Shown here one piece after another: positions 58,480-64,000 of a stretch of DNA of 64,000 bases. Every line of letters starts with the position of its first letter. The stretch's first letter is position 1. A program made the position numbers and the translations under genes. The DNA is from a virus (taxonomy: Duplodnaviria; Heunggongvirae; Uroviricota; Caudoviricetes). Location: the IMG/VR virus record IMGVR_UViG_3300025765_000001, one strand, 5' to 3'. Below the pieces are notes generated by a model that was given only the letters and a program-made list of their open reading frames with translations, searched no databases and had not been told where the DNA came from.

Positions 58480-59003
58480 TGACTCACAAGAAAAAGAAGA
58501 CCTTCAGGGAGTTCATTGACAAGAAGACCAGAGAAACCAAACGGCAACTCGGTATCGTGCAAAAGATACTAGAGCAGCATGGTTTTGTTGTTACTGATTA
58601 CTTGAAAGAGTCCGATCCATACATCTTCGTTAGGTCTTCTGAGAAACGTCTATCTTTTGACGGCGTTAGAGTCTACAAGGTCGGAAAGTGCATGGCTTTT
58701 CGTGTGCAGAAGGAGTCTCAGACTCATCCTTACGGGGAGCCGTATTCGTTAGACGTAGAAGAAATGTACAACGACCTTATCTCCGAAGATAAGTACGACG
58801 AGGAACGGGCAGGCAAGGCTGTAATTAAGGCAGTGGTTGCCGAGATCAAGAATTTCTTTGCCAAGAGTGCCGAAGCCGAAAAAGAAAACGACGCCGATAA
58901 AGCCGATGGTGTGGATGATCCGCTAAGTAGAGTGGCTCTCAAGGTTACAGGAACCGATTACGCTACCCAGGTAAGCTCGAAGGCGTTCTCTAGGATACCG
59001 TAA
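58479..59003 (+). CDS. hypothetical protein
   Basis: KTFREFID N-terminus; TAATG coupling. Confidence 0.7.
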   Translation: MTHKKKKTFREFIDKKTRETKRQLGIVQKILEQHGFVVTDYLKESDPYIFVRSSEKRLSFDGVRVYKVGKCMAFRVQKESQTHPYGEPYSLDVEEMYNDLISEDKYDEERAGKAVIKAVVAEIKNFFAKSAEAEKENDADKADGVDDPLSRVALKVTGTDYATQVSSKAFSRIP

Positions 59004-59012
59004 TGGAGATAG

Positions 59013-59654
59013 ATGCCACCACTACCGCAGCCACAAACGCCGCAGGCCCCGAACTCTCAAACCGCTGCGGTGGGACAACTCTTTACACCGGCCAGTCGCC
59101 AGACGCCTCTTAACAACACGGTGCGTCGTGGGGCGATCATAATGTTCACCTACCAAAACTGGATGCACGATCCTTCTCCTATGGTTTTGGTAACTGATGT
59201 ACAACCTGGGAACCGGGTTCGTGGCGTCAATTTGCACTACTTGACGTTTCCAGTCATCAAGCAACTGTTGAACACTGCTAAGATGTCACTTGGGGGTATT
59301 TCATACCGAAATATCACAGGACAGCAATATATAGTAAGTGCATTTCGCAGCTATAAATGGCAGTCAATTCGACAGCTAAAAGTCCTAGACGTTAATTACG
59401 TCCTCAATGCTCTCGCCACGGTCAGAAGTTTTGATCCCGCCGAAGTGGAAAAGATGAGGAGAGTAATCCAAGAGCAGCTTAGGAGACAGGTAAATCCACG
59501 AGCCGAAGGCCCAGAGCCGGAAGCCGAGGGCATAAATACCCAGCAGCCTCAGATTGAATCAGCAGGCACTAATTTAGTTCCAACTGCTGCACCTAATGTA
59601 CCAACAGTTGGTACGGTCCCTGTCGTCGGACAGCCACAGCAGGGCATCGAGTAA
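59013..59654 (+). CDS. T4 gp2-like DNA end-protector protein
   Basis: G.I.MF.Y....D..P, G.NLHYL, FRSY. Confidence 0.6.
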   Translation: MPPLPQPQTPQAPNSQTAAVGQLFTPASRQTPLNNTVRRGAIIMFTYQNWMHDPSPMVLVTDVQPGNRVRGVNLHYLTFPVIKQLLNTAKMSLGGISYRNITGQQYIVSAFRSYKWQSIRQLKVLDVNYVLNALATVRSFDPAEVEKMRRVIQEQLRRQVNPRAEGPEPEAEGINTQQPQIESAGTNLVPTAAPNVPTVGTVPVVGQPQQGIE

Positions 59655-59663
59655 CGGAGAAAA

Positions 59664-62600
59664 ATGGCACAAATTGAAGACCTATTAGGAAGGGTAGTAG
59701 AGAACACGCAGCCTATTGCAGAAATGCGAGAGTTCCTGCGTTCGTTGCTCAAAGCTCCTGCCCCGAACAAGACGGTCATGCCAGAAACGAAAGGACCGGA
59801 AGAAGAGACTCCGACCGATGCGAGACGAAATGAAATCTTGGGCGACATTCAGAAGATTCTTGAAAGGTCCGAAGAGAACTTCAAAGAGCAAATGAAAGAA
59901 GGCCAGAAGGCCGTAGATGACACTAAGGCACTTCTAGAAGAGATCGCAGCAGCCAAAGCAGCCCAGGGTGGAGATAAGCCCTCAACAACTAACGTGACGG
60001 TAGTTGTGCCCGCTGCCCAGCCAATCGAAGCAGGTGCAAGCGGTCTGACCGACAAACTCTTGGCTGGTCTTCTGGATATTCAGAAAAACATGCTCAGGTC
60101 TACATTGGACCTGAATGCTACTAGTAGATCAGTCGAGAAAACGCTGGCCTTCCTAACCAAAGAAGCAACTACACAGGGGTCAATTTGGGTCAAGGGCACA
60201 GTCACCGTCCTTTCTCCAACTATAGAAAGTGGCATAAGGAGTGTAACCGAAGCCATTAAAAGTGTCAAGACAGCAATGGCCTCTTCTCCAGTGGCTATGC
60301 CGGTGCCGCCTGTAGCTACCCCTGTGCCCACTCCACCAGCCCCAGCAGCGGCAACCAAACCAGTTACATCACTCCTTGGCAAACTCAAGGCGATGATCCC
60401 GGCAATGATCCGGCCAAAGGCACCTGCTCCACCCGCACCACCGAAGCCGCCTGCTCCACCAGGAGGAGTGGCCCCAGAAGGAGGCGGTGGTAAACCGGTG
60501 AAGGTAGGCGTAGACCTTCCGGACGAGAAGAAAGGTAAGAAAGCTGCCGATGATATCGGTGCAGGTTTTTCCAAGGGGATCGACGATTGGCGGGCTGAAT
60601 GGAAGAAGATGCTCCTAGACCCCTTCAACATCATGGCTAAGTCATGGATGGAGGTTCAAAAAGCAATCTTCGGAGGCATCGAAGAGGAACTAGAGTACCA
60701 AAAGCAAATTAGAGCTATAGCTTTCCAGACCCAAGGGGTGACAAGAGCCACAGAAGACCTGCAAAGACAGTTTGTTGATCTAGGAAAAACTGTTGGTGAA
60801 ACCGGCCAAAATCTGACCGCCATGCAGCAAGAATATCTAAAGAACCTCCGTAAAGGCAACATGAGTCGGAAGCAAGCTCTGACTATGACCAAAATTGGTC
60901 TTAACCTAGAAACCATGATTGGTGCGGAAGGGCAGGGCGTCTCCGAGACCCTGTACGATTGGAGTTTGCATCTTAGGCTCTCTGTGAACCAATCAGCACA
61001 AATCAGCAGAGAAGTTCAAGACGTTGCTCGGTGGACTGGAATAACCGGGGATAAACTAGCAGGTGCCGTCAAGAAGGCAACTGAACTGGCAAAGGTTCTA
61101 GACCACGCCGGTACAGCAACAGCACAGTCCGTAGCCAACCTCATTAGGTTGAATGCCATCGCCGAAAAATTCAACGTCGGTGATGCGGTGAATGACCTTA
61201 ACTCTGCTCTTACTAGTAGCCACACACTGTTCATGAAGGCAAGCCCACAGGTCCAAAACCTGCTATTCGGGGCAACAGCCGCCGTTGGCAAACTAGGGCA
61301 ATTGAAGCAAGGCATCATCCTTCAAAGCCGTGAAGGTATGAGGGATATGGCCCAGGGTATGGAAATGATGCTGAGTAGGTTCGGCGTCACCTTGGAGGAA
61401 ATTGAAAATCTAGACCCAGAGAGATTGATGAGACTCAACCTGCAACTAGGTGAAGCCTATGGTATGCAGGCCAATGAGATCAAGAAGGTCATCGAAACCT
61501 ATCGTGAGGCCAGCAAGGGGTTCGGCGATCGAATGTGGGATATCAATAAGGAGCTTGAGAATGGCAACCTCACAGCACAAGAAAGACTGAAACTGGAAAG
61601 AGATCGTCAGCAGTTGGTGATGGGCGAGGGCTTCAGATTCCTCACCATGTTTGATGAGGCTGCCAAGAAGGGCGGTGATATGGCGTCGGTCATGGCGAAC
61701 ATGACCGGCAAGATGTCTACTGATATAAGGAAAGACCTAGAACAAATGGGCGTCTCTGTGACCGGCGATGCCAAAATGATGGGTCAAATCTTCAACCTAA
61801 CCACCAAAAAACTCAAGGAAGCAGGAAGTAAGGTAGATTTTACTCCTCAGATCGAGGAGGCAATGGCATCGGGCAATGTCATCAAGATGCGTGAAGTCCT
61901 CGAAAAGATGAACGAGGAACAAAGGAAGTTGGGTGTCGAGACCGCCAAGAAGCTCGACCCGATGGCCGAGATAGCACACACCCTCAATAAGATCAACGAG
62001 TACACTAGAACCCTGGGCGGCAAGATGATAATGGGCATTGCCGCTCTCATGGGGCCTTTGGGCATCATTGCCTTCCACACAGGCGTAATGGCTGCCGCTA
62101 TGATGCCAAGTGGTTTGTTTACTAGCTTGTTTGGAAAACTAGGAGGAATGTTCAAGGGTGGGGCAGGAGCCGCCGCCACTGGAGCAGGTAAGGCCGCTGC
62201 AAATGTCGGTGATGGTGCCATCGCACTGGCACCCGCTGCCGCTCAACAGGCCATCAAAAGCACCGCCCCGACGATAGCAAAAACCATCACTCCAGCGGTC
62301 ACAAATGCCGCCACTCAAAATGCATCTGCCGCCATCACACAATCTACAATTGCTGCTTCTAGTACCGTTGCCGCCAAAGCCGCTCCTGCTGCTGCCGAAC
62401 AAATGAGCCAAGCACTCGGCAAGGCTCCTAAAGGCTTTAAGTTCCCAGCAATGAACATCAAGGGCATGGGCAGTTTCGCTGCACAACTAGCTCTTGGTGC
62501 GTTGGCACTAACCGCAGTAGCCGTGGGCTTGGTTGCTATGGCTTTGGTCATCATCAAAGTCACCGACGCAATACTAGGCATCGGTGGAATGGATGCCGAG

Positions 62601-64000
62601 AAGGCTGCGAAGGCCGCACTAAACATCGCAGCCCTCATGGGTGCAATGGCTGTGTTGATGGGTGCCGTCACGGTCAACGCCGCACTCATGACCGGCGTTG
62701 GGTATGCTTTGACACAAGTAGAGTTCATTGCACCGGCCTTGATAGCTGGTGCCCTGGCTCTAGCCGTTCTAACCCCTGCAATGATTTTGATGGCTGTCGC
62801 CATCATCAAAATAGCTGACGCCTGTGCCGGTCTCGGCGTAGACTTCAAGACCGGCCTAGAAGTGGCACGTAAAGTCGGCGAATTGATCGGTGTTGCAGCA
62901 CTTATCTCCGGTGCTGTTGTGGCAGCCGCCGCTGGTCTAACCGGCGTTGGTATGCTGTACCCGTATGTTGGCTATATGCTTCTGGGTGCCGCTACCCTTC
63001 TATTGTTGACACCTGCCATCATCAAACTAGCTCTTGCCATCATAAATTTAGCAAATGGTCTGAGCAAAGGATTTGATCCTAAATACGGAGCAGTGGTTGG
63101 AAAACAAGTTGCCGACATTCTCATAGCTGCTGGGAAGATAACAGGAGCTATTTTGCTTGCCGGTGGTGCTTTGGTCGGTATTAGCCTGTTGTCCATACTA
63201 ACGCCATTCATGTATATCGGTGCCGTGGTTCTATATGGCATGACAGATGGCATCATTAGATTAGCCCAAGCCATCATAAATCTGTCCGACAAGCTCATCA
63301 AAAAACTCAAGATGGACCCGGCTGCCGTCGCAAAGACGGCAAAACAGGTAGCGGTCATATTTGAAGCAGTTGGGCAAATTACCAGTGCTGTAACCTCTTA
63401 TGCGGGCAAACTGATTGGCCTTGGCTCTATGGGTCTACTTGGCCAGATCATGAGCCTGGGGGCAAGTCAACTGGAAAGTATCATCCCGAAGATGAAAAAG
63501 TTGGCTATTGCTGTAGCCACAATGGGAGCGGAGCTTCGTGAAGCGACTGGAGAGATGAGCGGCGAGGATATAGTCAAGAGCGTGCAACAGATGCAGAAGG
63601 TCTTAATGGCCGTAACAGCGGTCATGAGCGACTTGATCGATAATGTTGCACCTATGGCCCAGAGTTTCCTCTGGTGGGATTCGCCACTAGAAGACCTAGA
63701 AGAATCTATCGATCCATTCGTTGCCAGCTTTAAGAACGTCGGCAAGATGTTCAGAAAGTTGATCGAAGTAATACAGAGCGACTTTGGAACGATCAGGGAC
63801 ATGGCAGACCTTGTGCCGCAAATTCAGGGTGCGGGCAAAGTGCTTATGACTGTTACTGCCGTCATGCAAGATATGATCGATAAAGTAACTCCTATGGCAG
63901 ATAGTTTCTTGTGGTTTGATTCGCCGCTAGAAGACTTGGACGAGGCCATGCCTTCATTCTTGTCGAGCTTCAAGAAGGTCGGCACCCTATTCAAAGAATT
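59664..64000 (+). CDS. tape measure protein (partial, runs off window)
   Basis: GGAG RBS + ATG 59664; no terminated + strand ORF in the track, consistent with an open >1440-aa frame; Ala/Gly-rich helical and hydrophobic tracts; 80-aa repeat (63651/63891). Confidence 0.8.
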   Translation, partial: MAQIEDLLGRVVENTQPIAEMREFLRSLLKAPAPNKTVMPETKGPEEETPTDARRNEILGDIQKILERSEENFKEQMKEGQKAVDDTKALLEEIAAAKAAQGGDKPSTTNVTVVVPAAQPIEAGASGLTDKLLAGLLDIQKNMLRSTLDLNATSRSVEKTLAFLTKEATTQGSIWVKGTVTVLSPTIESGIRSVTEAIKSVKTAMASSPVAMPVPPVATPVPTPPAPAAATKPVTSLLGKLKAMIPAMIRPKAPAPPAPPKPPAPPGGVAPEGGGGKPVKVGVDLPDEKKGKKAADDIGAGFSKGIDDWRAEWKKMLLDPFNIMAKSWMEVQKAIFGGIEEELEYQKQIRAIAFQTQGVTRATEDLQRQFVDLGKTVGETGQNLTAMQQEYLKNLRKGNMSRKQALTMTKIGLNLETMIGAEGQGVSETLYDWSLHLRLSVNQSAQISREVQDVARWTGITGDKLAGAVKKATELAKVLDHAGTATAQSVANLIRLNAIAEKFNVGDAVNDLNSALTSSHTLFMKASPQVQNLLFGATAAVGKLGQLKQGIILQSREGMRDMAQGMEMMLSRFGVTLEEIENLDPERLMRLNLQLGEAYGMQANEIKKVIETYREASKGFGDRMWDINKELENGNLTAQERLKLERDRQQLVMGEGFRFLTMFDEAAKKGGDMASVMANMTGKMSTDIRKDLEQMGVSVTGDAKMMGQIFNLTTKKLKEAGSKVDFTPQIEEAMASGNVIKMREVLEKMNEEQRKLGVETAKKLDPMAEIAHTLNKINEYTRTLGGKMIMGIAALMGPLGIIAFHTGVMAAAMMPSGLFTSLFGKLGGMFKGGAGAAATGAGKAAANVGDGAIALAPAAAQQAIKSTAPTIAKTITPAVTNAATQNASAAITQSTIAASSTVAAKAAPAAAEQMSQALGKAPKGFKFPAMNIKGMGSFAAQLALGALALTAVAVGLVAMALVIIKVTDAILGIGGMDAEKAAKAALNIAALMGAMAVLMGAVTVNAALMTGVGYALTQVEFIAPALIAGALALAVLTPAMILMAVAIIKIADACAGLGVDFKTGLEVARKVGELIGVAALISGAVVAAAAGLTGVGMLYPYVGYMLLGAATLLLLTPAIIKLALAIINLANGLSKGFDPKYGAVVGKQVADILIAAGKITGAILLAGGALVGISLLSILTPFMYIGAVVLYGMTDGIIRLAQAIINLSDKLIKKLKMDPAAVAKTAKQVAVIFEAVGQITSAVTSYAGKLIGLGSMGLLGQIMSLGASQLESIIPKMKKLAIAVATMGAELREATGEMSGEDIVKSVQQMQKVLMAVTAVMSDLIDNVAPMAQSFLWWDSPLEDLEESIDPFVASFKNVGKMFRKLIEVIQSDFGTIRDMADLVPQIQGAGKVLMTVTAVMQDMIDKVTPMADSFLWFDSPLEDLDEAMPSFLSSFKKVGTLFKE

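Noticed and set aside
59549-63802. Minus-strand ORFs in the last 4.4 kb
   Set aside because: Shadow frames of the + strand tape-measure gene, which is missing from the track only because it has no stop in the window.

Overview
64-kb segment of a large (jumbo-type) tailed bacteriophage genome; several proteins point to a Planctomycetota host (inference). Layout: (1) 1-9.8 kb accessory and partly decayed genes (truncated UvrD-like helicase, nucleotidyltransferase, GluRS-like and endonuclease pseudogenes); (2) 9.95-10.65 kb repeat and hairpin cluster at an apparent compositional-skew switch (origin- or terminus-like); (3) 10.7-29.2 kb GC-rich, co-oriented array of ~35 small genes, almost all preceded by the 13-bp motif WGWT-NN-GT-N-GTAC plus a CACGAGG leader, with decayed, duplicated and inverted units; (4) 29.3-56 kb metabolic/regulatory genes (ParB-like, DNA MTase, two HPAT/SGT1-like glycosyltransferases, TnpB, Hsp20, HD hydrolase, RecD/Dda-like helicase, ClpP, C39 peptidase, HAD RNA-repair domain, apparently inactive CCA-adding enzyme); (5) 56-64 kb virion genes (gp2-like end protector, tape measure running off the end). 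Best novel candidate: a ~690-nt non-coding region (38641-39331, minus) directly downstream of a conserved unknown protein. It folds into two circularly permuted tRNA-like domains, and one of them carries a 265-nt GGA-hairpin (CsrA/Rsm-sponge-like) insert in its acceptor stem. All family calls are from motif recognition by eye; no searches were run.
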